53,855 nt of DNA from Tubiluchus corallicola (GCA_030141605.1 JAQGDQ010001226.1:1-53855); one strand, 5' to 3'; shown: positions 12,980-27,561, numbered from the stretch's first letter. Translations and numbers: made by a program. The notes: generated by a model from the sequence alone, not told the origin.

Positions 12980-14706
12980 ATGTCATTAGTAAAGCCCACG
13001 TGTTTGGCATCAGTGTGTCTATTTTTGATTGGGGTGGAAACTTTACCACTGCTTCTTGTCAAGATCAACGATTCTTATTCCAAAAAATTTGGCTTATTAA
13101 GTTTTCCTAAAAAGATCAAATATGAAGTCCATCTTTCCTTAGTGGTGATTACTGGTGAAGGACTCTCGATACAGCTAATCCATATCGTGTCGAAGCCAGT
13201 TTCTAGATTTTTCTAGGACATAATATCACACAAAAGATTGCTCAATACGCTAAAATCAGTTGATGTTTGTGGTAACGTTCTTAAATGGATTTCAAACTTT
13301 CTACACGGGCAACAGTGAGTTGTCTAACAAGGCTGTTGATGTTTAACTGGGTACACCCGTTACCTACCGTGTTCCCCAAAATTCCCTTCTTGGCCCAATT
13401 TTGTTTGTCTTATATACAAATAATTTTTCAGGAGTTATTTCTTGCGAAAGCCATGCCGATGGCACAGTTCTACATAAAGTCATTAGGATCACTGGAGGTG
13501 AATGTACTTTACTGGCTGATTTTCTCAACGTTAATGACTGGTGCAGGACAAGAAAACCAGCTTATGATTACTACAAGAAGCTCTCGCTCAGGAGCCATTA
13601 AGTATAGCATCGATGATAAGGTCGTCAAGGAAGTGCAGACTCATTAACATCTTGGAGTCTGTGTATCAACTTACCTGCAATTTCCATGTGTCCAAAATCT
13701 GCAGTCTAGGAAGACCCCTGATTTTATTTGTTGGATTTGTCGTTCCAACATTTCGACGTTCCAACTCTCAAAACTTCAGGCTGTTGTATTTCTCACTAGT
13801 GTGGCCAATACCAGAGAACAGTACCAGAGAACAGTACCAGAGAACAGTGCCAGAGAACAGTACCAGAAAACAGTACCAGAGAACAGTACCAGAAAACAGT
13901 ACCAGAGAACAGTACCAGAGAACAGTACCAGAGAACAGTACCGGAGAACAGTACCTGAGAACAGTACCAGAGAACAGTACCAGAGAACAGTACTATTGAT
14001 TGATCCCCCATAATATCTGTGGTTTTCATAAAATAGAATCCGTGCAACGACAGTCAACACCAAAGGAAATATGTACCTCCTAGATGGAAGAACCATACCT
14101 GATTGCAATAAGTAGCTGCAAATTCTCAAAATTATGAGTTTCAAACGAAGGCACCTACTCTCCCTCGTATTTGCATATAAGGCAATGCACGGCTTCTGCC
14201 GTCATCAATTAGATAGACTCTGGTCATTTTCCAGATCAATCCATGCTTGGCCATTTCTCTGAATGCTTAGAGAAATGTAACAACCTTCCCGTGGGCTTCA
14301 TTTCATAGCAGATTCCCTCTCCCTTGGGGGTCATTTATCTGTAGACGTAATCCATATAACATCATTGTCATCATTTATACAGGCTATTATGCGTCATTTT
14401 ACAATTCAAGAATACGCTTTTAAGTGCTTTGGCTTCGCAAACCACAATTTATATATTTTTAGTATTATATTTCCTTTGCAATTTAAGTTTTGTATTTCAA
14501 TATAAATTATGTACTTTCTACGATATTTTAATTATCATTTCAGTGTTCCTTGCTTATGGTTGGATGACAGGCAGTGACCTGTTTGAGGGTTTGCTGTCAA
14601 CCATGGCACACTGTCATAGGCAAAACTGCACGTCTTACTGAACATAGCTATATAATTTTGCTGTTTACATTTTACTAATGTATAAATCTGTATATTTTTG
14701 TGCCTA

Positions 14707-14710
<4 letters not shown>
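12980..14710 (+). mobile_element. decayed CR1-like LINE (RT domain, C-terminus and 3' UTR)
   Basis: Frameshifted translation gives FLDFSR, ISHKRLLNTLKSVDVCGNVLKWISNFL, LFVLYTN..HADGTVL (the FADD motif), HLGV, LYFSLVWPIPE and KIESVQR. The element runs into an (AAT)n tract. Confidence 0.85.
13809..13993. repeat. 13-bp minisatellite, 14 copies (TACCAGAGAACAG), inside the CR1 coding remnant
   Basis: Period 13, with TAC at both ends. Confidence 0.97.
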
Positions 14711-14965
<255 letters not shown>

Positions 14966-16962
14966 GCAACTTATAACAGTTTGCAACGGACTTACTTGTT
15001 TGGAAGATTGAACTTTCAAAGAAAATTGTCAAGAAACTATCATAAGTAGTTTGTGCAATAGAGGAGTAACCAGAAAGTTTTTGAGGCTATACTGATTATC
15101 CATTCATTAAATGACAATGACGTGTACCTTAGGTCCTGTTCAATACGCCATTTAGTCTGGCGGTTAGTGGAGGACCATCAGCCCACGCACTGTCTGAGCG
15201 TAATGCATGTGACCTTCAGCTTAATAAAATTAATTGGCCAAATTTCTTCGACATTTTCTATAAAAGTTAGTCGCATTTGCCCAGAACATATTTCGCTGAA
15301 TGATTGACCTACTTACACAGATACCACACAATAATGCCAGGCGGCTACTAAAAGCTGCTAAAAATACTCGGTTTTTCGGATTCCATAATTTCATATTCAT
15401 TTAAAGTACAAGAAAACCCTTCACTTACATAAAGCTTAAAAACTTAGTCTTGAAATTTTGTACCATTTACATTCTGCCTTTTTGCATACAGGGCTTGTCG
15501 GCAGTAACGCTGTGTAAAACATGTAAATTTAAACTTCGTTAGATGACCGTTAGACGTAGCCATTTTGACGATAAGTAATTTGAAACAAGTTTAGATAACA
15601 CTGAGTAACGTCTGAAAAATGATCAGGGCATTCGTAGCGTATACGTCACTAAGTAAATTTTAAATTACTGCATCTTGTCAATAAGATTAAAAATACGTTT
15701 TTTGGTTAGTGAATGGAGGTCAGTCAACGACATTTTACCAATTTGTGAAAGTATTTTAAATAATTAATAATTTTTCTTTTCTAGTTACATAAGTCTTTCA
15801 AGTAGGTGAACGAAATGCTAAGTAACATAACTTTGCTTGGAAAGTTTTTCAGGACTTAGTTTAACATTTCCTTTTGTTCCCCTGATTTATGTGTGCGTAT
15901 ATGACGTCATGTAACCTGGCGTCGGAACAGTATTGCGGGAGATTTAAAATGAAAACAAACGAAATATCCATGCAACGCAAGTACGATATATGCATAAAAT
16001 TGCTATAAAGTAATATAATTTTAGGCGTTTCTTTTAAAACATACTACCAGGTAGCCCTTTTCTTGCCCTTTAAATGTCTTACTGATCTTCGCCAGAGCGT
16101 TTAGAATCGGTGGGAGCTAAGGGACTAGATGTTCAATTCACATTACATGCAAATGAGCAATACTAAAGGAGCGTCTTCGGGTTAAAATATGATAAACACG
16201 GGATATTTATCTGTAAGTTAATCTGTACTTTTAAAATTACTTGCAAATCGACTCTATTTCCATCTCTCCAGGCAGAGGCTGATAACAATTGAAAATGACA
16301 ACCCTAAAGTAAACATTGAAGTTAGAAAACTGAGTTTAAATAAATAATTATGAAAAAACTTCACTGTAAAACGGCAGTAGTTTAGCTGGGATTAATTATT
16401 TACTAGCAAAGCCCCCGCAAAAGATTTTGCGTAAAAAACCACGTATAAGCAATAACACGCGAACATCCTACACAGTCCTCATTTATAACACAAAGCCCGT
16501 AAAGCCCGTAACATCCTGCCTACTTACCTAACGCAAAGCCTGTAGCCCGTAACATCATATGTATATGTGTCTACTATATGTCTGTTTAACTAACGCAGAG
16601 CAGCTTTTTGCTGAATTAAAGTTATAGAGTACAATGGGTGACGTAGATGTACATTGTCCATTGTCCTAAGCAAGTACATAATTAGGACAAGAACAGTCGT
16701 TACCAAATCGATTTCAGAGTATTTATTTATTAAAACTTCATCATCTTAGGGTAAATAACTGTTCTAGTATATTTGTGTTTTACATTTGGTTGAATTACCT
16801 GTCCACATTAATTACAATTTATTTTTCTAGTAAATGGGATAAAATAGATGTGACATTAGCTCGTATAATTTTCATTCATTTTTCTCTTATCCGCTGCCGT
16901 GCTGATTCTCATCAAAGTTACGTCTTACAGCGGCTTGCTATAATTTCCCAGTAGTGAAACGG

Positions 16963-18345
16963 TACATCCTGTTCGTGTACAAAGTACACACGTAAAACTT
17001 GTCCTTTAATAGCAGACCAATGCATCCTATTCGTGTACAAAGTACACACGTAAAACTTGTCCTTTAATAGCAGACCAATGCATCCTATACGTGTACAAAG
17101 TACACACGTAAAACTTGTCCTTTAATAGCAGACCAATGTATCCTATACGTGTTCAAAGTACACACGTAAAACTTGTCCTTTAATAGCAGACCAATGCATC
17201 CTATTCGTGTACAAAGTACACACGTAAAACTTGTCCTTTAATAGCAGACCAATGCATCCTATACGTGTACAAAGTACACACGTAAAACTTGTCCTTTAAT
17301 AGCAGACCAATGCATCCTATACGTGTTCAAAGTACACACGTAAAACTTGTCCTTTAATAGCAGACCAATGCATCCTATACGTGTTCAAAGTACACACGTA
17401 AAACTTGTCCTTTAATAGCAGACCAATGCATCCTATACGTGTTCAAAGTACACACGTAAAACTTGTCCTTTAATAGCAGACCAATGTATCCTATTCGTGT
17501 ACAAAGTACACACGTAAAACTTGTCCTTTAATAGCAGACCAATGCATCCTATACGTGTTCAAAGTACACACGTAAAACTTGTCCTTTAATAGCAGACCAA
17601 TGCATCCTATACGTGTTCAAAGTACACACGTAAAACTTGCCCTTTAATAGCAGACCAGTGCATCCTATTCGTGTTCAAAGTACACACGTAAAACTTGCCC
17701 TTTAATAGCAGACCAATGCATCCTATACGTGTTCAAAGTACACACGTAAAACTTGCCCTTTAATAGCAGACCAGTGCATCCTATTCGTGTTCAAAGTACA
17801 CACGTAAAACTTGTCCTTTAATAGCAGACCAATGCATCCTATACGTGTTCAAAGTACACACGTAAAACTTGTCCTTTAATAGCAGACCAATGTATCCTAT
17901 TCGTGTACAAAGTACACACGTAAGCTTTCCTTTAATAGCAGACCAATGCATCCTATCGTTTCAAAGTACACACGTAAAACTTGTCCTAATGGACCATGCA
18001 TCTATACGTGTTCAAAGTACACACGTAAAACTTGCCCTTTAATAGCAGACCAGTGCATCCTATTCTTACAAAGTACACACGTAAAACTTGCCCTTTAATA
18101 GCAGACCAATGCATCCTATACGTGTTCAAAGTACACACGTAAAACTTGTCCTTTAATAGCAGACCAATGCATCCTATACGTGTTCAAAGTACACACGTAA
18201 AACTTGTCCTTTAATAGCAGACCAATGCATCCTATACGTGTTCAAAGTACACACGTAAAACTTGTCCTTTAATAGCAGACCAGTGCATCCTATTCGTGTT
18301 CAAAGTACACACGTAAAACTTGCCCTTTAATAGCAGACCAATGCA
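16963..18345. repeat. 58-bp minisatellite, ~24 copies
   Basis: Unit TGCATCCTATTCGTGTACAAAGTACACACGTAAAACTTGTCCTTTAATAGCAGACCAA. Confidence 0.98.
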
Positions 18346-19601
18346 CTTAATTGATTGCGCGTGCGAAGTCGGCTCTAGTTTAGGGAAACTTCCAGATTTT
18401 ACAAGGCAAACAAGACTAATGCTGTGTGCATGGTTATGTACTTGGAATAAAAACGCCTGCTAGAAACAGAAAAGCAGAAATCGCACTTGTAAGTGTCGTG
18501 TTTACGGTCACCGTTAACTGCTTATTCATCTTTGGTGCAGAACTGTTTAATCTTTGCCTGCTGTAACTTCTTCCTCATGGCAGCCTGTTCAAATACAATG
18601 GCTTCTTCTACCGTTGCAGCTCAATATCTCGAATATTTATTTTGCACGTGAATAATGGCTTCGACGATGCTGAAGACATAACAGAGAAAGCCGACAGGTG
18701 CTCCAAGTGATGATGGAATTCATCACTCAGGTGGAGGAAGCATCGAGGAAGCGCATATGAAAGAGACGTTAGGTAATTGATTCTAACATTGCATGAACAG
18801 CAAAATGGCTTCTTTTATGGAACTTGTTGCCAAAGAAAGTTTTTATTGCGATTGGAAATATAATGTAAGAATATAATCTAAGTTTTTAAACGATAAATTT
18901 GTAGTTTTTACAAATGGGCAACTTTGCGGAAGGATATGAACTTTTATGGCCGTCTCTGTGGGCTTTGCTGTGGAAACGACCACCGCATTATATTATTACA
19001 GCTTAATATTATATTCTGAAACATTTTGGCACATCAATAGGGCGCTGCCCGCAAAGAGGGGGTTTTTCGCTGTAATTCTCGGTCAATATTAAAACATCAC
19101 CGGATATACCATATCACCAAATCGTTACTGCTTCGTCCTAATAAGATGGATTTAAAACTTCAAGAAACACGAGACACAATAACCGTGTTCATTTTTCCAC
19201 GGCTTAAATGTACCTTAAAAACAATTATTTAGTTTTCAACTGCAACCGTCTTAGATCCGCCATCTTGACATGCATAATTTAACTAATCAATTCATACCTA
19301 TTCTAGAAATGGCTGTCATCGTGAAACACTTAATAAACTATTTAGCTAATCAATGGTGTTAGGCAGCAGTGACAGAGACGTGCTGACGCAAACTGTGCCG
19401 AATGTTGAAAGGCAGCAAACCACAAGGCGCCCGTGAATGTAATTACAAGACAATGACATCAACAAAGCGCCTAGGCCACAATATGAAGCAATGTACACCT
19501 GCAATATTCAAACTTATACATAAGTTATAAGTCATGACCTGTATAATTATATAGGCCTCAGACTGCAATGTATCGGTTATTGTGAACATGCATTCTAAAC
19601 T

Positions 19602-20032
19602 ATGATACCTACAATAATACCTACAATTAATAATACCTACAGTTAATGATACCTATAATGATACCTACAATAATACCTACAATTAATGATGACTACAATG
19701 ATACCTACAATAATACCTACAATAATACCTACAATTAATGATACCTACAATGATACCTACAATAATACCTACAATAATACCTACAATTAATGATACCTAC
19801 AATGATACCTACAATAATACCTACAATTAATAATACCTACAATAATTCCTACAATTAATGATACCTACAATGATACCTACAATAATACCTACAATTAATG
19901 ATACCTACAATAATACCTACAATTAATGATGGCTACAATGATACCTACAATAATACCTACAATTAATGATACCTACAATGATACCTACAATAATACCTAC
20001 AATTAATGATACCTACAATGATACCTACAATA
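19602..20032. repeat. compound 12/16-bp minisatellite (AATGATACCTAC / AATAATACCTAC / AATTAATGATACCTAC)
   Basis: Tandem ATACCTACAAT cores. Confidence 0.96.
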
Positions 20033-20248
20033 AGCACCACAGCTAATGATTTACACTGCTGCACCACAAATTTTACGTAGTGTAAAATAAGTGTAAACAA
20101 TAAAATCAGGGTAAAGACTAAGGAAAAATAAAATTATTGTCCTAATGTATGACCACGTTTGAAAAAAACTGTTCGGTTCACACCGAGTTACCTGGATGGC
20201 TTCGACACAAACACAGCTTTAGCTGTTTATGCATACGGCTTTTGCTTA

Positions 20249-20488
20249 AGGGGCCCATGCACGTTAAAAAAACGTCAAAATTTCGACGTTTCGGAGATTT
20301 TTGATACAAAATTTTGATGCACAATTTCCCATACACGATTCAATGTTTTTCCATCAAAAATCAATCTCGTCAAAATCTTTGACATGGACGCATCGGTTGC
20401 CGTTGAGCTAATTCTCGCTTTGGACTCCGACGCCGCGTCGATTTTTGAGTCAAAATTTCGACATTTTTTCGAACGCGTATTAGCCCCT
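20249..20488. mobile_element. PIF/Harbinger-type MITE, 240 bp
   Basis: Imperfect ~40-bp TIRs (AGGGGCCCATGCACGTT... / ...AACGCGTATTAGCCCCT). TTA on both flanks (20246-20248, 20489-20491). Internal repeats of TCAAAATTT(C/T)GA. Confidence 0.85.
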
Positions 20489-20957
20489 TTAGACAATCAG
20501 GATTATTAATAAGATGTATTTTTACTCGTGTAAACGTTGCTCATTGCATCGCAGGCATGTCATGTAATTAGTAATCATTAATTAGTCAAAAATCATCAGG
20601 GTTCCCAGAAAATCATCAAAGAGAGCCAGTGTTCCCAGGTTCCTAATTTATTTACCAGAAGAAAAAATAAAGATGATTTCTGAAGACCACCATTGTGCGT
20701 CTCACAGTCACGTTAATTACAATATGCACAATCTTTTACATATTTCATTGCCAGCCACACTGGTAAACAGCGTGATTTCTACTTTTGATAATGATAAAGA
20801 TATGAAACCCAGCAAGGATGCCATCTTGCACGGACAATAAATTGCTGCTACGGTGAGTTAATTGATGTAATAATTACTGGTGTAGGCAGGCGCAACATCA
20901 TCAAATTATTTATCAGGGATGTGAAAATGCAGCAGAGAATTTGGTATGTTGCGCTCG

Positions 20958-21534
20958 ACATAGTTTAATACCATTTTAGTCAACATTTTTGTGCTAAAAC
21001 AACTTAACTGTCTCTTAAAGTAACACTAACGTATTTCCACGAATCGTTTTTCCACATAGTTTAATACCATTTTAGTCAACATTTTTGTGCTAAAACAACT
21101 TAACTGTCTCTTAAAGTAACACTAACGTATTTCCACGAATCGTTTTTCCACATAGTTTAATACCATTTTAGTCAACATTTTTGTGCTAAAACAACTTAAC
21201 TGTCTCTTAAAGTAACGCTAACGTATTTCCACGAATCGTTTTTCCACATAGTTTAATACCATTTTAGTCAACATTTTTGTGCTAAAACAACTTAACTGTC
21301 TCTTAAAGTAACGCTAACGTATTTCCACGAATCGTTTTTCCACATAGTTTAATACCATTTTAGTCAACATTTTTGTGCTAAAACAACTTAACTGTCTCTT
21401 AAAGTAACACTAACGTATTTCCACGAATCGTTTTTCCACATAGTTTAATACCATTTTAGTCTACATTTTTCTACTAACTAAAACAACTTAACTGTCTCTT
21501 AAAGTAACACTAACGTATTTCCACGAATCGTTTT
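20958..21534. repeat. 96-bp tandem repeat, 6 copies
   Basis: ACATAGTTTAATACC... recurs at 20958, 21054, 21150, 21246, 21342 and 21438. Confidence 0.97.
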
Positions 21535-23586
21535 GAATGAATTATGAAAACAGGATTAACGGGGGGATGCAAAATACTTAACACCGTAGGAATTATTGTC
21601 GATTTCCTGTCGAATCTGCGATCTACGCAGCTTCTGATTGAGTTCTACAAATTTCACGTGTTTGAGGCTTTCGATTACTAAAGCAACACGCCATGCAATT
21701 GCTTCTAGTGCGTCTACAGCAATCTGTGCTAATTTCAACGCCTTGTTCTACGACCCGCTAAATTCCATAAATATTTTAAAATCGACAGAAAGTAATCCGG
21801 CAACTCAATCCGCGGTGTTCAAACAAGAAACTGGTTGCATGGCGTGGAGACGTACAGTTGACAACGTGCGTCAATTAATCGGTGAAAGTTTGCCAGATTC
21901 TGTCACAACTGTTTCGTAGAGTTGAGATGAAACCAATAATGTGAATGTAATTTAAGGATGCAAAACTACGAATGGAGCAAAACATCCTCGAGTGAAAATA
22001 TATAAATTAGAAAAGTTAGATGTTTTATGTATAACATAATATATAGATATAAAATATCTTCGGTTAGATAATCTGTCCCACAAAATCTTTTATTGAGCAA
22101 AAACGGACACAGACACAATTATGAAATGAAATCAGTTTCACACCCGTGTTCAGGCAGAGGCTTCATGCAAGATACGTAACGTCTATGGCAGAAATTTCTG
22201 ATTTACGGTAAAAATCGAATTTTACGTAAAATGTTTAATTATCAAGTTTGCATCAATGTTACGAACCGTACATGCTTTCCGAGAGAGATTCCTGGTTAAT
22301 AGCCAGCAAGGGTGTCTCTCTTCGAAAATTTCCCATCCCAAAACCCGATTTAAACGGTCACAAATAATAAACATTCGACAAACTATCCTGACAAAATGAC
22401 GTCTTCACAGATAAACCGGTTTTGCTGCCATTGTGGACGTGAAGGCGTCTTACACATAACATTACTGAAGTGCAATTTGATCTTGAATTATCCAACTTAT
22501 TCTTGAACTGACAAATAATAATACTTTGCCGTGTCTGTTGCCTGATTCTCTGCGAGACTAATTGACAGATACTACCCTTTCTGACGAGCACGTCTATAAA
22601 CAAGACTTGACTTGTTAAAATTTATGTGACATAAAATGATCGTTCTTGTAGTCTATTTTTATGAAAAACATGTTAATCAGAACTCGTTACATTGGCCCAA
22701 TTATAATTACGTTAGCAGCTAGTATTTTAAAGGAAAACCGCAAGATTGTGTAAACGCGAGTTCAGAATAAAGAAAGCTCTAAAATATTGAAAACTACAAT
22801 AGATTTTTTTAAATCAAAGCTTAGATTAAATAATAATTTCCTAGGATACTCAAATTTCGTTAAACTTTCAAAGCTACGCGCGGCTCAGTGAATCTACTAA
22901 GATTGGCAGCGGCGCCTTTTTGTCACCTGCGCGTGGCCGACAAATAGAAGCCGGTACCGTGATAAGCATGATCATGAACTGCAGTGTTAGTTTCTGACGT
23001 CATATAACGTAGAGCCCATTTTCGGGACATCACGCGTTTAAGCAATAACACATGACGCGCAAGGGAAGATGTCTGCCATTGCACAAACTATGGTTAGTTT
23101 CTGACGTAAGCAGATTGAGTCTAAACAATTGTCTGGTTTTCCTTTACACGAATTACACTGAAACAACCACAACTGAACTATGTCATTAGTTGTAGTTCAT
23201 AAGTTCTAAGATCGGTTTTCATAAAATTTCGCACTTCGTAAATAATACATGTAACTTAGTGATTAATGAACCCATTACGCATGTACTCATACAGAAAGGA
23301 CGATGTCTGTGGTAACGATGCCGAAGACGCACGAGCTGATATAGGTCACGATAACGGCAACGATGAAAATGATGACAACAACGACAGTTGATGCAGACTG
23401 CCAGAAGAAAAAGCAAACGAAAATAATGATAAATCTTAAGAGATTTTTTATGTAATTTATGCTAATCTGGGACCCAGTCTCCTTAATCACAGACGACAGG
23501 CAGGCCAATGGCACTAATCCACCCACCTTCGTAATTAATTCCTTTATTGACAAGCGGCAGTCGATACTAATAGTAATAAATGTGGA

Positions 23587-24002
23587 CAGGGTGTATCTAC
23601 ACTTTACGACACCCTAGGCTGATAGTTCTGTCCCGAACATCTCTATTGTGAATTTATAGTTGTTTATATAATGAGCAGTTTAAACAATTACTTGTGGTGT
23701 ATTAGAAACACTGTTTACCATGCTTGTACGTGGTCATTATTAATTACGTGTATTTACATTGCGTTTACATTATTCAAGCAGGCTGCGAAACTGCTTGTTG
23801 TGTAGCATGTTGCACCTGTTCGTTACGTGGCACTTATATAAACCTCAACTCAGTAACTGCCTGTGGTGTGTTATAAAATGTGCCCAATATGAAAGAATAC
23901 CCCATTTTCCATGAGAATAAGATTTTTTCTAAAATGTGACGCCCCTCAAACTTTGGCGCCCTAGGCTATAGCTTAGTTCACCTATTGGTTAATACGCCCC
24001 TG
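23587..24002. mobile_element. old hAT-type MITE
   Basis: Ends CAGGGTGTAT / ATACGCCCCTG, with subterminal CCCTAGGC at both ends as in the 31365 element. Flanks AATGTGGA and GATGTAAA match at 5 of 8 positions. Confidence 0.5.
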
Positions 24003-24625
24003 GATGTAAACTAATCATCCATATACATATTGTACAGCAACACCAGTGCACGTATGGCACTAAAGGTGTCTTAAATTAATGTCATCAGTTGATTAGGAGA
24101 CTCATCTATTACATGCAGCTGCAGAATAGCATCATCCTGTTATCCATTTATCTACAGATCGTAATTTGAGAAATGAGGTGGAGGGAAGCCTGGGGGGGCA
24201 TTAAAAGACTTTGTATCTCTTTTTTCTGCCATTTTCTTTCTGAAAAAGCTCTGATAGAGACAGATTTCGATAGCGAGAATTACGAAAAAGTTAGTAGGTG
24301 AAAGATAAGAAAAGGATACAAGGATAGGAGGAAAGGTAGGAACAGGGAAAATAAAAAAGAGAAAAGAGAAATCTGAGTGAAGACAAAAAGAGAAGTGGAG
24401 AGTTAAAGAGGAGAGAGCGAGAGAGACAAACAGAGAAGAGAAACAGAGAGGGAGAGGGATGCCAAACAAATGAAAAAAAGAAAGAAACCAAATCAAGAGA
24501 GCAGAGGAGAGGAGAGAGCTCCCACAGGGACTCCCAGATAGCTATTACTTATTTTCTGCATTACATGTTACCAAGATTAATTCTCTAGACAAGCTCAGGA
24601 AGATTTCTTGTTAATCAGCAACTTA

Positions 24626-24908
24626 AGCCCATTTCACACAGAGCCCGAGCGGGAAAATTGCTGGAAGAAAAATTCCTTTCGTGATTTCTTGCGAAAATGG
24701 AACACACTGCTTCCTATGGCGCATTCTACGCAGAGATCTCACGAGGAATCGTTTTACTCGTGAGAAATTCTCTTGCCAGTTAGAAGCAATGCGTCCTCCT
24801 AAAGAGGAAATTTGCTACGTGCTATTGCTATTAATTTCTATAAATTATGGCATTGAAGCTAACTGGACGCATTTAAAAAAACCGCGCGGTTTCTGTGTGA
24901 AATGACCT
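24626..24908. mobile_element. PIF/Harbinger-type MITE, 283 bp
   Basis: TIR AGCCCATTTCACACAGAGCCCGAGCGG versus the reverse complement of the right end, AGGTCATTTCACACAGAAACCGCGCGG. TTA on both flanks (24623-24625, 24909-24911). Confidence 0.87.
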
Positions 24909-24987
24909 TTATTGTTGCGTGCGTTGTCGATCGGGATAATATACGATGTACAATAAGCAAAGGATTAATTTACACATTTTTGTCCCG

Positions 24988-25085
24988 ACCGTTCAACTCC
25001 CGAACGAGTCATACCAAAGACTTGAAAATGGTATCGCTGGTTCTTTGACCAAGCACGCCGGTTTATCGAAGTAACAAGGGGGTAA
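24988..25085 (+). mobile_element. tRNA-derived SINE fragment (MetaSINE-like central domain)
   Basis: Pol III B-box GTTCAACTCC followed by GTCATACCAAAGACTTGAAAATGGTA, which resembles the recalled conserved Meta domain. No A-box is visible. Confidence 0.6.
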
Positions 25086-25146
25086 TAATAATCGTGATAC
25101 GTATGGAATTAGTTAAGGTGTTATCTCTGGACTATGTTCAAAACGA

Positions 25147-25286
<140 letters not shown>

Positions 25287-27271
25287 GTACTGTGTCACTG
25301 TTTAAAAATCGATCTATTTTGTGACTAATTTTGTCACTTTCATATAGCCACGATTTTCGCTCCATTCCGCATCAATGTTTGAAACTTTGCGCACGCTTGC
25401 TGCGCATGATCATTTATTTCTTACGATCGCCTTTCGTGAAAGTTTAAAAGTGAAAACTCACTACGTACAAAAGCATGTGTGTCGTACAAACGAATCTGAA
25501 AGGTTGCTACTAATGACAGTCAAATCAAAGCTGCAGCCAACACTAAAAACAGTTCGTAAAACTATCTGGTCATCCTGTTAGGCTGACCAGACTGAAGTCC
25601 ATAGGAAACCACTCAGGGACTAGAAAATTATCTATTAACATAAATAAATGCTTCGGTAGTTTTTGCAGTTAAACAACTGTCTCTCATATTAGAATGACTA
25701 TAAATGATATAATAAATAAAGAATTTATTCACTTCAAAACCTTACGGTATTGAACCATAGTTACTATTGTTAGACAAAATATTTTCCCGGGATAATGTTA
25801 CAAATTTTTCAAAAATGTGAATAAATTTTGCAGGAGACTCGTAAACATGGATGTAAAGCTGTGGCCACTCCCAAATTAGGGATCCGACCATGGGTTATGA
25901 TGGGACCAAGAAAAGACAACCCAAGCCATTTGACAGATTTCTACGATGAGGGCGCTGCGATCTCGAGCTTTGTTGATTATCTCAGACATCTTCAAAAATT
26001 CTTCAAACATCTTCAAAGTCTATTGACGAATGATAACATCAAAAATTAATGGTATTTATTTATTTATTTATGTAATATGTAATTATTATTAAAAAATTTA
26101 AACTATATTTACAAGAAGACAAAATATGAAAGCAGGGTGAAAGCACAGAACAAAATTTTACAGATAAAAACAGCTAATTTATAAGATTACGGGTAAAACC
26201 AAAAGACCCAAGGCTATTTACATGTGCCTGTTAAGATAAATGATTAAAATTTATAACGTTTTTAAAAGATATAATGACATGATCAATGACGTCCACCATA
26301 CCCGAGTGAAGACCCTTAACTCTGATAAGTTACTCGAGTTCATCTGCTCGTGTATGTGAATGTTGAGAATCGTAATTATCGGTAGCGTGCTTTGATTTAT
26401 TCTCCTGGTGTAATAAAGCTGCCCAGTCAAATTAACAGCACTAATTAGCGATAGACACACGCGCTGACGCTAATTACTGCCGCTGTAATATCATCTTGCA
26501 ATGAAGCAAATAAATAATACGAGGCTCATTGATGCGTGACTTTGCCCTGTAATGTCTGCACTGGCAATTAAATGAATCTGGGTCAAACGAATTTTAAATG
26601 CTGCTGACATTAATGACTTATTAAATAAGGATCAATCGAACGATAAATAATGAAACGGTTGCAAAAAACCTCTTCCACTGGAAAACCGAGCTGAGCAATT
26701 AGTCAGTCTCTCAGTGAGTCAGTCGGCCACTAAGCCAAATATGTTGTTGGCTAGTTGTTTGTTTAGTTGATTGGCTGCATAGTTGACTGCATAGTGTGCT
26801 TGTGAGTTGGCTGTTTGAGTTGGATGGTACTTATCGTTCTTTCATTTGTTAGTTAATTACTTTAGTGAGTTGACAGTTGTGACCTGTTGTTGTTTACAAC
26901 TTAACTGCACTCGCTCCCTCAATCACTCAGCCGCTCACTGACCTAACGATCGGCCGAATTAACATGTAGATGACAAAAACTCATCTCACTCAGCGTGTGT
27001 GACGTCACCGGCATGCCTTGCCAGTCCTTACGCGTTTGAATCCGTTTCCTTCCAAATGAAAATAAGAAATTAAGCGCAATCGTTTCAACATTTAGTATCA
27101 CTAAGCTCACTAATTTCCTTTTCCTGGCGATAAAAACCTATAACTGCCACACTGCTCAAGAAACGAGGTGGATTTCGCTTTGCTGGCTTGCCGCGCATTC
27201 AGGGCCTATTTCAAGGGGGGGGGGAGTGGGGATAATTCCCCGGGGCCTCGCGCCAAGGTAACATTTTTTGC

Positions 27272-27281
27272 CTCCTCTCTC

Positions 27282-27321
<40 letters not shown>

Positions 27322-27466
27322 CCTCTCTCTCTCTCACTCTTGCCGCACGCGCGCCGTTTGCCAGTTGCCAGTATTGACAAGTATTAAGGACTGGTCTTGA
27401 GAATAAAGCAGTTTGTCTTTCAATTGTTCTTTTATTTAACAACTGTCTCTCCCCCCTCTCTCTCTC

Positions 27467-27561
<95 letters not shown>

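Noticed and set aside
18541-18772. Exon-like segment bounded by TGCAG and AG|GTAATT
   Set aside because: No convincing open frame or recognisable protein; at most a non-coding exon.
24988-25085. Possible tRNA gene
   Set aside because: Only a B-box is present, with no cloverleaf. A SINE remnant explains it better.
26050-26240. Possible further LINE tails here and at ~44600-44665, ~51755-51800 and ~53600-53690
   Set aside because: Only short tail-like repeats or small hairpins are present, with no supporting coding remnant.
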